This document shows positions 1 through 10,064 of a stretch of DNA of 64,000 nucleotides, piece after piece. The notes under the pieces were generated by a model. It was not told the origin of the DNA. It searched no databases and saw only the letters and a program-made list of their open reading frames with translations. Position 1 is the stretch's first letter. Every line of letters starts with the position of its first letter. The DNA comes from a virus. Lineage: Duplodnaviria > Caudoviricetes. Location: IMG/VR virus record IMGVR_UViG_3300035499_000517, positions 96,001-160,000 of that record, one strand, 5' to 3'. Position numbers and translations under genes: made by a program.

Positions 1-179
1 GACTATTGTATTATGGGTTTTTCGAATCTTCTACGTACTTCTTGTAGCATCGATTTCCATTGTCGTTATTCAAAAAATATATGATTATTCCTATTATAGA
101 ATGATGCTGAAATTGCTGGAAGAGAGTACAGGGCCAGCATCAGAACTTCTATGTTTAGGATTTTTATGGAGGTAACTTT

Positions 180-2036
180 ATGACACACATGGAGAAGAAG
201 AAAGCGATTCAAAATGCAATTACGATTTTTGATAAGATTGTGATTGGAGATTATAATGGAACGCGTACTGGGCTTAGAAAAATATTGCTTGAAATGAAAG
301 CAAATGATACGGAGGAGTTCGCTGCGTCACAATATGTGATGCGGCGGCTCCTTTTTTACTTCGATTTATATCCAAGGTCAACATATGTTGGAAATACTTA
401 TCTTAAGTATGCACCACCTACTCGGGTTGCTATAAATCTTTGGAAGACTCATCTAGCAGCTCTTGATTATTTGGGTGTAACCGAGGATGGTCGAATACTT
501 GAAAATAAAGAGATAAAGAGTTTCAAAGAGATGGGAAAATCCATGGTTAGTGGAAATGTAACCGCTAATAGGACTTCACAATTCCTTCATAAAGTAGAAA
601 GAGTAAAATGGGTACATCTTATGACTGAACTCGTGGATTGTTTACAGGCAATCGGTGATGGAACGTATTATGAAAAAGTCAGAGAAATGATCTATGAAAG
701 GAATGCAATCTTAGACATCTGGATGCATAAAGAACTTCGTGGTTATACATCTTATGTATTCCGTGATTCCAATAATAAGAGGATTACAGAATTCTATGCT
801 TTTTGTATTTATGTCAGAAAAATGTTGAGAAAAACTCGTGTACTTGATGAAAACGGTGTGAATATAACACCGAATTCTGATATACTTTATCTCGATATTG
901 ACGTGAAGATGCCTGAGAGTACAGTGTCTGATTCTGGAACCTATTATGGAACTACTAAAAATATGAATTTCTACTACAAAAGAAATGACCGAATGGATGA
1001 TACCAAAAGAGATGAAGATGATGAGAGAGAAAGGAAGAAGTTACAAGCTAAGAAAGTAAAGGAAGATCAAGAAGATAAAGGTTTCACACAGGAGAAGCTC
1101 GATGAGTGGGCGGATGAGTATAACAAAGAGCATCACCTCGGTGAGTATCAAGAGCCGATTAATAATGGTTGCTATGTGATTTATGCCTCCATGATATCAG
1201 GACAACTTCTCCGTAATTTAAAGAAATTTGCATTCATCACCACGAATACTTATAAAGAGAATTTCATGATTGTTGGAAATTGTGCATGTGATCATTTTAA
1301 TTTAAGAGCCCGCAAGTTATCAGAACCTTGGAAATGCTACGAGCATACATTTGGTGAATATGATGTAATCAATTATATTCTAAGTGTGAGACCACGTCAT
1401 ATTTACATCGAAGTAAGAGAAGGGGTGAAGCTAAATCTCACGAAAGATATGCTTAAAGGAATCTCACCAGTAGAATCTGAAAAGTCGAAATTCCTTCCTG
1501 TTACAGTGGATTTAAGTGGTGGAAATTTCTTCCAGGGGTTTAATGATGGGTTGTTTGAGTTATTCCTTGATGACGTGCATAATTGGAATGTGAGAGAACC
1601 TATTACAAAGGAAGAAGAATCAAAAGAGAGTAGAAAGGAGATTATAGATAATATGAGAACGACAGAGTATGCTCCGTATGTGGAGCCATGGAAAAAGATG
1701 ACACTGGATGAGTTGATGGAATGTGAGATATTTTATCGACTGCACAACGAAGCCGGATTAAACTTTGCAGCAAAGAGTGGTGTGACTGCAGCATATGCAA
1801 AGGTCTTAATTGATGGAGTATCGGACAGGAATGCAAACAAAGAAGAGTTTGTAAAACTCATCAATGTAATGACAAGAAAATCTGATCTTACATTTACTGA
1901 AGCAGCGGCAGGTCTTTACATCAGTGACAGTATGCTCAGTCTCTATGTAGATTACTGCATTGATAGTACAAGGGAGAGAATCGACAACATGATAACGATG
2001 TTAAGACTTGTAGATTTGAACCCTAGTGAGGAGTGA
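180..2036 (+). CDS. Hypothetical phage protein (618 aa)
   Basis: Long ORF with GGAGG RBS upstream; no recognisable motif. Confidence 0.75.
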   Translation: MTHMEKKKAIQNAITIFDKIVIGDYNGTRTGLRKILLEMKANDTEEFAASQYVMRRLLFYFDLYPRSTYVGNTYLKYAPPTRVAINLWKTHLAALDYLGVTEDGRILENKEIKSFKEMGKSMVSGNVTANRTSQFLHKVERVKWVHLMTELVDCLQAIGDGTYYEKVREMIYERNAILDIWMHKELRGYTSYVFRDSNNKRITEFYAFCIYVRKMLRKTRVLDENGVNITPNSDILYLDIDVKMPESTVSDSGTYYGTTKNMNFYYKRNDRMDDTKRDEDDERERKKLQAKKVKEDQEDKGFTQEKLDEWADEYNKEHHLGEYQEPINNGCYVIYASMISGQLLRNLKKFAFITTNTYKENFMIVGNCACDHFNLRARKLSEPWKCYEHTFGEYDVINYILSVRPRHIYIEVREGVKLNLTKDMLKGISPVESEKSKFLPVTVDLSGGNFFQGFNDGLFELFLDDVHNWNVREPITKEEESKESRKEIIDNMRTTEYAPYVEPWKKMTLDELMECEIFYRLHNEAGLNFAAKSGVTAAYAKVLIDGVSDRNANKEEFVKLINVMTRKSDLTFTEAAAGLYISDSMLSLYVDYCIDSTRERIDNMITMLRLVDLNPSEE

Positions 2037-2042
2037 TGATTT

Positions 2043-2363
2043 ATGTGGGATGCGTGGAATACTGGATTGGATATACTTCAGGAGCTGTATTCTCATGGTG
2101 GAAAAGTCTTTATAATCATAGGTCTTCTGGTAATTTTATGGGGATACGTAACTTATCGTATCCTCATATATGGATTTGAGATGCGATTCCTTAGACCAAG
2201 TAGGAGGTTGGTTGTTTACTGGAGGAATAACTCAAGAGGAATTGGAAAGATGATCTTCCGATTCTTCTACTATATTATTCGTGGGATTCCAGTGATCATT
2301 TATACGACTTACACATTTGCACTCATGATATTAATTGTTGGAGCACTCCATACAACTTTCTAA
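2043..2363 (+). CDS. Small membrane protein, two predicted TM segments
   Basis: GAGGAG RBS; two hydrophobic stretches (VFIIIGLLVILWGYV; GIPVIIY...LILIVGAL). Confidence 0.7.
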   Translation: MWDAWNTGLDILQELYSHGGKVFIIIGLLVILWGYVTYRILIYGFEMRFLRPSRRLVVYWRNNSRGIGKMIFRFFYYIIRGIPVIIYTTYTFALMILIVGALHTTF

Positions 2364-2385
2364 GAAAGAAAGGAGTGTTTTAAGA

Positions 2386-2613
2386 ATGGAGATTGCATGT
2401 GAAAGTGAAGAAGAAGCAAGCATCATCTTAAGATTATCAGATGAACTCGAAAAGACTTATAAAGAATACGATTTAGAAAAAGCCATGATGATCAATAAAA
2501 ACAAAATCATGAAGTGGTGTGTGTTTGGAATGGTAAACAGAATCCAAGCAAACAAACTCGTGATTGTAAACATGGCTTACATGTTACAAGCAAAAGAGAA
2601 CCCGCCGACTTAG
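2386..2613 (+). CDS. Hypothetical protein
   Basis: ORF 2335-2613; ATG at 2386 follows AAGGAG; followed by terminator. Confidence 0.65.
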   Translation: MEIACESEEEASIILRLSDELEKTYKEYDLEKAMMINKNKIMKWCVFGMVNRIQANKLVIVNMAYMLQAKENPPT

Positions 2614-2630
2614 GTAGGTTCTCTTTTTTT
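2592..2630 (+). terminator. Intrinsic terminator
   Basis: AAAGAGAACC...GGTTCTCTTT hairpin with T-tract. Confidence 0.8.
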
Positions 2631-2777
2631 ATCCCTTTATCTCATCTTTGTATAGAAATCTATTCAAGTATAGACCTCTAATGTGTCATAAAATAAAATT
2701 TCATACACTTCAATCCCAAGCCTGTTACTGGGCTTAGAGCTTGTACTTGAAAGTGTCGTAAAGAGTACAACCAACTT

Positions 2778-3014
2778 GTGCAAGAGACGAACCACATTTC
2801 GTTTGAAGATGATGGAAGTATAGTAACAACTTCAGATAGTACAACGAAAACAACGACGTTTCTTGATAATGGAGATATAGAAACGGTCCTTAAAATCAAT
2901 CTTCCTGATGGAAGCATCGAGACGATTACACAAAGGACTGTATTTAATGACGACGGAAGTATTGATAATGTCGTAACCGATGTTATTTCAGAAAGTGGAG
3001 AGGACGGTGAATAA
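2778..3014 (+). CDS. Small acidic beta-rich hypothetical protein (F.DDGSI-like repeats)
   Basis: Repeated FEDDGSI/FLDNGDI/LPDGSI/FNDDGSI motifs; start uncertain, no clear RBS. Confidence 0.55.
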   Translation: MQETNHISFEDDGSIVTTSDSTTKTTTFLDNGDIETVLKINLPDGSIETITQRTVFNDDGSIDNVVTDVISESGEDGE

Positions 3015-3016
3015 GA

Positions 3017-5980
3017 ATGGGATTTGAAGAATTGAAGTTCTTGAATACCAAATGGAAGGAGGAACCGCTCAATTATTTAACATATATTAATTCGATTGAA
3101 AACTCCGGAACGAAGAGTTATATTATGCAGGAGGGAAACGAAGATGCTTGGAGAGAGTTGATTTCAAAGTCAACGATGTTCTGGGCAAATGAAGGAATAC
3201 GAGATGCTGTTTATGAAAGGCTTACAGAAGATGACGCGCTGTATGTTATGAAGAATCACAAACATCTCGGAAAAGCATTGAATGGATTCGCTGGAAAGAC
3301 GGTATTCTCAACTGGGAATTTCGATAATATCTGTGAATATATGAATATGGATGCAATTCATACAATGCCAGATAAGATTCTGAAGGGATTTGGGAATTAT
3401 GTCGGAGAGAAAATGACTGGAGACGATTCTCTTACATGGATAAGAGATCGTTTCAATGTTGATTTAACGGACTTTAAGGATTTGAACGAAGCGATAGAAA
3501 GCGATGACGCTTGGAAACTCATGGTTATGTCGAGTCCGATGATGAGTTCAGTTTGCTGTTCTGACTGGTTCGTAAATACCGTAATAGAGAAAGCTGGAAT
3601 GACAATATACCGTGATTCCAGTGGAAATTATTATGATGAAGAAGGCAATCATTATTTAGCATCAACTGGAGAGAAAGATGGAAATACAATAAGCACGGAA
3701 ATGCTCGAATCTATGCTTTCCGCCGGTCTTCTTGTAAAAGGGGTTTTGCAGAGAAATGAGAAAATTCAAGAAAAATTCGATGACGCAATGGAATATCTGT
3801 GTCAAAAGAATGCTTTGACTATCATCGAAGAAAATGATAATCTGATAACTGTTGCACTGGAAAGTGATACTTGTTGTGAGTATTTGAGAGATAATCCAGA
3901 TGATCTCCAGTATTTATTGGAGACAAATAAGTTCACTGAGCAGTTATTTAAATCTGAACACGCTCTTACAACGCTTTCCGGAAATCAGGATGCATTAAAG
4001 GTCATTGTAAACTTTATCGGTGATATTCAGGAGTCTTATGATACCTTAAGTGAACTTACAACAGAATTAGAGAAGATTCATAGTTATGGAGATAAAATTT
4101 ATAATTATGAACCACTGAAGTACAGTGTACAAAATACATTGACCACATTAAAGAATCAAGCAGAAGCATTGGATTCTGTTCAGGAATATAGCACGTTTGT
4201 GCAGACGATGTTTAATGGGTTATGGGAGAATGATGACTTTTTCGAAGTCTTATTTAATAATGAAAAACTTGTAATAGCAATGGTGGATGATGAAAGATGT
4301 ATGGTACAAATACTGACAAGAGAAACCGTTGGTGAAACATTAGCGAGTAACAGAAGGATGTACCCAATTGCATTAACAAGTGAAGCATTTGTAAATGGAA
4401 TGCTTACAAACGATAAGTATTTCGAGAAGGTGTTTATTTCGGATCGGTACCGGATGGGAGATATTTATGATAGTGAAACGGCATTAAGTGTTATAGGGGA
4501 AAGTGAAGAATACACAAGAAGATTTTTAAATGCTGCAATGGGATATAATGACAATGAGTATTCAGATTTAAAAACGAATATCTCAAATTCAGAATGGGCA
4601 GCAAGTATTGCAGCAGATGAATTCTTGGTGAAGTTCTCTAGTGATTCGAATGCTTATCTGGAATATTTAGTAGATAGTGTCGTGGGAATGAATGCACTTT
4701 TATCGAATACCTATCGAAGTTATTTTGATACCGAACGGGCATATGCAAAAATTCGTGAGCACGGTGGTGTTGCAATGTGTAAATGGGCATTGCAAAAAAC
4801 GAATGACATATGGAATTATAGTTATGATATTACGAAGTATTTATCTTTTGATTATTTAAAATATGGATATGATGTGAGTACTTCAAAATACACTGCAACT
4901 GATGGTTGCTCATATTCGGCATTGCTTAGAAATTGTATTCTTGCAAATCCTGATGTAATGTGTGATATGTTTATAAAAGATGATTCTACATATCTTATCA
5001 AGCAATTATTTAATGGTGGTAATAATTATAGTCCTTCAACAGTACCCTTCGTAAGTCAAGTAAATGATTCATTGATTCTTTATCCATTTGAAACTATAAA
5101 GGATAGATGTATGGAGAACTCGTATTTTCTTGGAAATTTTTTAAAATTTTTTACAAAATTTTATACCACCAGAGTATACGGAAGTAACACCAGCTCAACT
5201 ATTACAATAGATCTTCGATCTGCTACAGATTATCAGCCAACAAATACAGATATAAAAGATTATAATTCAGATGATTTCAAGCATTTTAATAATTTGATGA
5301 GTGCATATAAAGATAGCTATGTAAAATCTTCTACTCAATTAAAAGATTGGATATACAATTCCTCTATTTTCATTATCCCATATATGATTTATCTTTTTAG
5401 AGGTACTAATTTTCATGTTCATGATGGAGATATTGAAGGATTTTTTAATGATTCTGTATGTATTAACGGCTGTATCAATGTTGAAAATATTTGTCAAATG
5501 CTCTGTGCATCTACAAAATTGATGACATATGCAGCAAATAATAAAGATGCACTCATGGTTTTATATAATCAAGCATCTGCTATTGAAACTGCTTTCGCTT
5601 CAACTGCAAATAAAGATTATATGAATTGCCAGACTTTATCATACAATGCATTTTTAAATTCACCATATCTTGTAGTACATACTTTTTATGATAAATCGTC
5701 TAATCAAAAATATCTTTTAAGTACAGCTGGTGAAGTTACAGTTTATGATGGTCCGGCACTTATACTTTCTATCACATTTGGAACTGATTCTAGTACGCTG
5801 GTTGGACAATTTACAACATTAACAACAACTACAAAGACAAAAACTTACAGTGCAACAACAGAGAAGATACTTTTATTTGTTGATAAGTTGACATTACAGA
5901 ATAAAGGGTCTGGAACAGTTGAATCAATCACATATATCCCACTTGGTGATCAACCAGAAAGTACAGTTCTGAATACTTGA
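3017..5980 (+). CDS. Large hypothetical protein (987 aa), possibly virion/tail-associated
   Basis: GAGGA RBS; degenerate helical repeats; more AT-rich 3' third ending in a beta-rich domain. Function is inference. Confidence 0.6.
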   Translation: MGFEELKFLNTKWKEEPLNYLTYINSIENSGTKSYIMQEGNEDAWRELISKSTMFWANEGIRDAVYERLTEDDALYVMKNHKHLGKALNGFAGKTVFSTGNFDNICEYMNMDAIHTMPDKILKGFGNYVGEKMTGDDSLTWIRDRFNVDLTDFKDLNEAIESDDAWKLMVMSSPMMSSVCCSDWFVNTVIEKAGMTIYRDSSGNYYDEEGNHYLASTGEKDGNTISTEMLESMLSAGLLVKGVLQRNEKIQEKFDDAMEYLCQKNALTIIEENDNLITVALESDTCCEYLRDNPDDLQYLLETNKFTEQLFKSEHALTTLSGNQDALKVIVNFIGDIQESYDTLSELTTELEKIHSYGDKIYNYEPLKYSVQNTLTTLKNQAEALDSVQEYSTFVQTMFNGLWENDDFFEVLFNNEKLVIAMVDDERCMVQILTRETVGETLASNRRMYPIALTSEAFVNGMLTNDKYFEKVFISDRYRMGDIYDSETALSVIGESEEYTRRFLNAAMGYNDNEYSDLKTNISNSEWAASIAADEFLVKFSSDSNAYLEYLVDSVVGMNALLSNTYRSYFDTERAYAKIREHGGVAMCKWALQKTNDIWNYSYDITKYLSFDYLKYGYDVSTSKYTATDGCSYSALLRNCILANPDVMCDMFIKDDSTYLIKQLFNGGNNYSPSTVPFVSQVNDSLILYPFETIKDRCMENSYFLGNFLKFFTKFYTTRVYGSNTSSTITIDLRSATDYQPTNTDIKDYNSDDFKHFNNLMSAYKDSYVKSSTQLKDWIYNSSIFIIPYMIYLFRGTNFHVHDGDIEGFFNDSVCINGCINVENICQMLCASTKLMTYAANNKDALMVLYNQASAIETAFASTANKDYMNCQTLSYNAFLNSPYLVVHTFYDKSSNQKYLLSTAGEVTVYDGPALILSITFGTDSSTLVGQFTTLTTTTKTKTYSATTEKILLFVDKLTLQNKGSGTVESITYIPLGDQPESTVLNT

Positions 5981-6029
5981 TTGATTTCAGACACGATTAA
6001 ATATTTATCATATAACCTTCCTAATTTAA

Positions 6030-6068
6030 AGAAGACAAGAGCATTATTTCGTTCTTGTCTTCTTTTTT
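6030..6068 (+). terminator. Intrinsic terminator
   Basis: AGAAGACAAGAGC...GTTCTTGTCTTCT plus T-tract. Confidence 0.8.
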
Positions 6069-6090
6069 CTCATTTTTTTAAATCCCAGGA

Positions 6091-6107
6091 TTTCATTTAT
6101 ATATCAT
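6091..6107 (+). promoter_or_regulatory. Early-type phage promoter motif TTTCATTTATATATCAT
   Basis: One of 10 copies of TTTYAYTTATATAWTAT, all at the head of transcription units. Confidence 0.7.
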
Positions 6108-6196
6108 TTATTTAGTGAATGAAAAGGATTCATTCATTAAAATCCAGCTCAGTAGGAATAGCTGAAGTACAAAACCTACCAATGAGAAAGGCTCTT

Positions 6197-6757
6197 ATGG
6201 GCAAGTTCAACAACGTAACTACAAACCAGGCAAATTCAGGACGTACCGAGCAGTTATCTGTTTGGCTCCGTTCTCATGGATGCTTTTACTTTAAGTATCC
6301 GGAGTTTACCAACTGGCTCAAGGCTCAGGATAACTCTGAGTTCGTCAACAAGACCATCTACGATTCAACAGCTGTTGATGACTTTCATCATTACGCAGAA
6401 GAAGCCATCTTCGATGATGGAATCATGAAGTCTCACTTCGGATGGTTTGAAGACCTTGCAGCAACGGTACTTTCCTATGTCAATAAGATGTGGGATAAGT
6501 ACATGCAGGAAAACGCTGGGAAGAACAAAGAGTGCGTAACTCCGAAGTCTTCTCACAAGTCAGGCACTGATATTTACGAGATCGCAAAAGATCCGCTCTA
6601 TCAGAACGCTGACTATTACGACAATCATACTGGTTACATTTATCAGACCGCTGCGTACAATCGTGCAAAGCGGTTTGGTTTACCAACACCTGGTATCTCA
6701 GTCATTGATGGAACCACCGGTGAGTTACTCGGCTATGCGAAGCCATTTAGTGAGTAA
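6197..6757 (+). CDS. Hypothetical early protein
   Basis: ORF 6119-6757; ATG 6197 after GAAAGG; flanked by early promoter and terminator (6779-6806). Confidence 0.7.
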   Translation: MGKFNNVTTNQANSGRTEQLSVWLRSHGCFYFKYPEFTNWLKAQDNSEFVNKTIYDSTAVDDFHHYAEEAIFDDGIMKSHFGWFEDLAATVLSYVNKMWDKYMQENAGKNKECVTPKSSHKSGTDIYEIAKDPLYQNADYYDNHTGYIYQTAAYNRAKRFGLPTPGISVIDGTTGELLGYAKPFSE

Positions 6758-6830
6758 CCAAAAAGTAACACAAAGATTGAGAGGGTTTTTAAACCCTCTC
6801 TTTTTTATTAAGAGATTAAGGGAGGATGAA

Positions 6831-7520
6831 ATGAAAAACATTGAATATTTGAAGTATACGTACAATCACCGAAAGGCATTCCGGTTTGTTCTTGATGAAT
6901 TTGTCCGGAAGGATCTTCTTACAGAAGATGAAACTCAGACCATGTACGAACGAGCTGCAATTCATGATTTAGACAAAGCGTTTCTTTACACACTGATTGA
7001 GAAACCGCTTGCTTCTGAATATCACAAGCTTACAGCACCTCATCATATAAGAAGAGAGAATCCAACACACGGGCTTACTTATGATTACCTCGAAGCAATT
7101 ATCGATTATGAATGCGCCCATTATACAAAGGATGATAAGCCGAAGAATGCATTCGATACGATCAACATGGTTAGCTGGATGACAGATATGGATCGCAAGT
7201 ATATGTTAAAGCTCTGCGATAGATTTGGTATCATGTATTCTTACACAAGAAGTCCAGAGGAACCAGACTGGGTTGCTTATCAGAAATCCTATATGGAAGT
7301 AGCCCCTGATACAGAGGAGAACATCATGTGTGAGATTTACAAGTATTTGACAAATGTAGATCTCTATCAACCACCTGGTCAGCACAGAATCGAATTTGGC
7401 CATGGTACGATTATGCACGATCTCCGCTTAGATTGCAGAGGATATACAATCACACCGGGACTCGTTGAGTACATGGTGAAAAAGAAAATTGATGAGATAA
7501 AATCAGAATCGACGAAATAA
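6831..7520 (+). CDS. HD-type metal-dependent hydrolase-like protein (DUF5662-like)
   Basis: H...HDLDK...H.....HH...D metal-ligand pattern; GGAGG RBS at 6821. Confidence 0.55.
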   Translation: MKNIEYLKYTYNHRKAFRFVLDEFVRKDLLTEDETQTMYERAAIHDLDKAFLYTLIEKPLASEYHKLTAPHHIRRENPTHGLTYDYLEAIIDYECAHYTKDDKPKNAFDTINMVSWMTDMDRKYMLKLCDRFGIMYSYTRSPEEPDWVAYQKSYMEVAPDTEENIMCEIYKYLTNVDLYQPPGQHRIEFGHGTIMHDLRLDCRGYTITPGLVEYMVKKKIDEIKSESTK

Positions 7521-7561
7521 GAAGAAAGGCACTTGGATTATTCCTTGTGCCTTTCTTTTTT
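7520..7561. terminator. Bidirectional terminator between convergent genes
   Basis: AAGAAAGGCAC...GTGCCTTTCTT with A/T tracts. Confidence 0.8.
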
Positions 7562-7566
7562 CCCTT

Positions 7567-9969
7567 TTAGGTGTATTTTTGGATGCTCATTGCAATGTAT
7601 AAAAAGATTGCCTTCTTATAATTGATACGGCTTCCTTCCGCTTTGAATGCTTTGTAGATTCCAGTCTCTTCACCCCACATATTTAATATCCGGTTAATTC
7701 TTCCAATATTCGGATCAGTTGAGTTCGTCTTCTTAAACATCGTAGCTGACCAGTATAAGAAATACTGACTCTTAATATCCTTGATTTGTTTGTGATAGGT
7801 GTGAACGTATAAGAAGATCATTGCTTCAATCAAATTTGTCAATTCTTCTAATCGTTCTGTCACCAGAATCTTTCCCAGATAAATGCGTAAATTCGTAATC
7901 GAAATAGAAGCCATCCTGGAAGCTGCTTCTGCCAGCGTAATATCAACTCCATTTGTGATAATTGGAGCAGATACTTTATCTACTTCATTTTGAATCTCTG
8001 TTGAGATGCTTGGTGATGCTTCTATTACTGGACTATCGGGATCGTATTCATCGTTTCTTGTTGCAATTGCATTTCCTTTTTTATGGTTTTCCATATAAAG
8101 ATTTGCGATCGTTCGAAGCATTGAGTTCTGGTCATTTCTGATTCGCTGTAAGAACGCAACACATAAATCATCAGTACCTTTCTTGATATTTTCCTTATGC
8201 ATTTTATACGACCGCTGACCCGATTCACTTAATGCTCCAAAGATCGTTCCTGCTTTCTTTATAATGAACTTATCACTCAAGCTATCAATTGTATAATTCA
8301 TAACTGGAGCGATTACTCCATATGGGAAATACTTGGTAAACATTGACCAGTATACATCGATCTCAAATATTCCAATTGTTGCGTTCACACTCTGCACATC
8401 GTTATGAATTGTGAAGTATCGGAGAATATAGTATAAGAGTGCTAAGAATGGATTTCCATGCAGATATTTAAAATCAGATGAAGATCCACTTGACTTTGTT
8501 ACCTTCGTCATACACTCTGTAATTTCTTCCGGTGTAATCCCAAATAAGGAGTAATAATTTGCTTTGTCTTTCTGCCCAAAGATAATTAAATACTCCGGCC
8601 CGGGAGTTGTTAACTTATCCATGTTTCTTTCGAAAAAGTCCGAAATTAACTTCTTGTAAACCTTGATATTATCCTTATTCGCGAAGCAAGTTTCGACAAT
8701 CGGATAGATTTTATTAAGAAGCACTTTATCTGCTTTAATTGCTGCTTCCATATAAGCAACCATTTCATTTGTCCCATATTTTCCAAAGAAGTCCTTCATT
8801 GGATCTCCTTCTTCAGTAATCGGTTTATCATTTCCATGTAAATACATACGATAATTATTCGTTCTCCCTTCTGCAACTTCTTTTATAGATTCTTTGGATT
8901 TTTTAAACCCATAAGATTCATAAATGTGAATTGCAATTTCATTATCTTTTGCAACGCCAAGAGCGGTTGCACCTTTCTTGACACAATAATCAAGAAGCTG
9001 TCTTGCAAGTCCAGCTCCTCTATATTCAGGAAGGATCTCAAGTGCAGTAATCCAGATGAGTCCATCTTTTTCTTTATTACAACAAACGTAAGCAACAAGT
9101 TTTGTCATATCAAAGAATCCATCACAAATATCACTGGATGCTTCTACGTGACGTAATAATTTCACTTGATCTTTGTAACGATTGATAGATGCTTCGTCAA
9201 GATGTTTTACAGAAAAACTGCTAAGATTTAATCGTTTCTTTTTCTCAAAATCTTTCTCCATGGCACTTGCCATGGGAGTCTCTTCAAACTCTTTTGCTGA
9301 TCCGTCCTCCTCAACTGGTTCATCACCATAGGCTTCCTTCATTGCTTTATACAAATCATCTATCTGCGAATTCGTACTAAAGTACCACTGTAAAAAGAAG
9401 GGGAGATCTTTTACAGATGCTCCATTCCGCTTCATTGCTCTATAAATAGATTTAAGAGCAGAAGTTCCTTTTAATATCGTAGGCTCTGATGTATAAGGTG
9501 GTTTCTCACCTTTCTTCACAGTCTCGTACAATTGAATTCCTTCAATTACAAACTTCGCAGGTTTTCTCTTTTTACACCAATTGATTATATATGAGATGAA
9601 TTCTCGATAAGCATTTAAGAAGTCTTCTCCCCTTGGTTTCTCTTCCATGTTTTTATACTTCGGATGAGACTGTAAAAAGTCATAACAAGCTGGAACATGC
9701 TCGCGAAGATTTTCTTCTTCAATCCTCTTATCAAAATACCATTCCAAAATATCTAACTCAATATAATCTTCACACTTGTATTTGGAAGCTAATTGCTTTG
9801 CAAGTGTTGTTTTTCCACTTCCAGAGAATCCGGTAATTAGGATAATATTACTTTTACCAGATTCGAATTTATCCATATTTATATAAAGATCTTTTCGATC
9901 AATTATCACGTTCTCTTCAAATAATTCAACCGAATCAAACGGATCATCATAAAGAGGTCCTGTATTCAT
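7567..9969 (-). CDS. Multidomain late protein: P-loop kinase/ATPase + GNAT acetyltransferase + ~410-aa helical C-terminal domain
   Basis: GFSGSGKT Walker A; GNAT motifs LEILPEYRGAGLARQLL and NEIAIHIYESYGF; late promoter at 9996-10007. Confidence 0.7.
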   Translation of the reverse strand: MNTGPLYDDPFDSVELFEENVIIDRKDLYINMDKFESGKSNIILITGFSGSGKTTLAKQLASKYKCEDYIELDILEWYFDKRIEEENLREHVPACYDFLQSHPKYKNMEEKPRGEDFLNAYREFISYIINWCKKRKPAKFVIEGIQLYETVKKGEKPPYTSEPTILKGTSALKSIYRAMKRNGASVKDLPFFLQWYFSTNSQIDDLYKAMKEAYGDEPVEEDGSAKEFEETPMASAMEKDFEKKKRLNLSSFSVKHLDEASINRYKDQVKLLRHVEASSDICDGFFDMTKLVAYVCCNKEKDGLIWITALEILPEYRGAGLARQLLDYCVKKGATALGVAKDNEIAIHIYESYGFKKSKESIKEVAEGRTNNYRMYLHGNDKPITEEGDPMKDFFGKYGTNEMVAYMEAAIKADKVLLNKIYPIVETCFANKDNIKVYKKLISDFFERNMDKLTTPGPEYLIIFGQKDKANYYSLFGITPEEITECMTKVTKSSGSSSDFKYLHGNPFLALLYYILRYFTIHNDVQSVNATIGIFEIDVYWSMFTKYFPYGVIAPVMNYTIDSLSDKFIIKKAGTIFGALSESGQRSYKMHKENIKKGTDDLCVAFLQRIRNDQNSMLRTIANLYMENHKKGNAIATRNDEYDPDSPVIEASPSISTEIQNEVDKVSAPIITNGVDITLAEAASRMASISITNLRIYLGKILVTERLEELTNLIEAMIFLYVHTYHKQIKDIKSQYFLYWSATMFKKTNSTDPNIGRINRILNMWGEETGIYKAFKAEGSRINYKKAIFLYIAMSIQKYT

Positions 9970-9995
9970 ATTATTTCCCTCATTTCTTTAGACTT

Positions 9996-10007
9996 TAAAA
10001 ATCTGTT
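9996..10007 (-). promoter_or_regulatory. Late-type promoter AACA-GATTTT-TA
   Basis: Matches the AACA-N6-TA motif repeated upstream of many structural genes. Confidence 0.65.
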
Positions 10008-10017
10008 TTTAAGGGGT

Positions 10018-10048
10018 AAAAAGAAGAGATGCCGAAGCATCTCTTCTT
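10018..10048 (-). terminator. Intrinsic terminator after tail tube gene
   Basis: AAGAGATGC-TTCG-GCATCTCTT-CTTTTT on minus strand. Confidence 0.85.
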
Positions 10049-10064
10049 AAATAAACGCAATGTA

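Noticed and set aside
2700-2780. Possible frameshifted 5' extension (LELVLE/KCRKEY) or structured leader of the 2778 ORF
   Set aside because: No RBS or canonical slippery site; cannot distinguish frameshift, sequencing error or chance.
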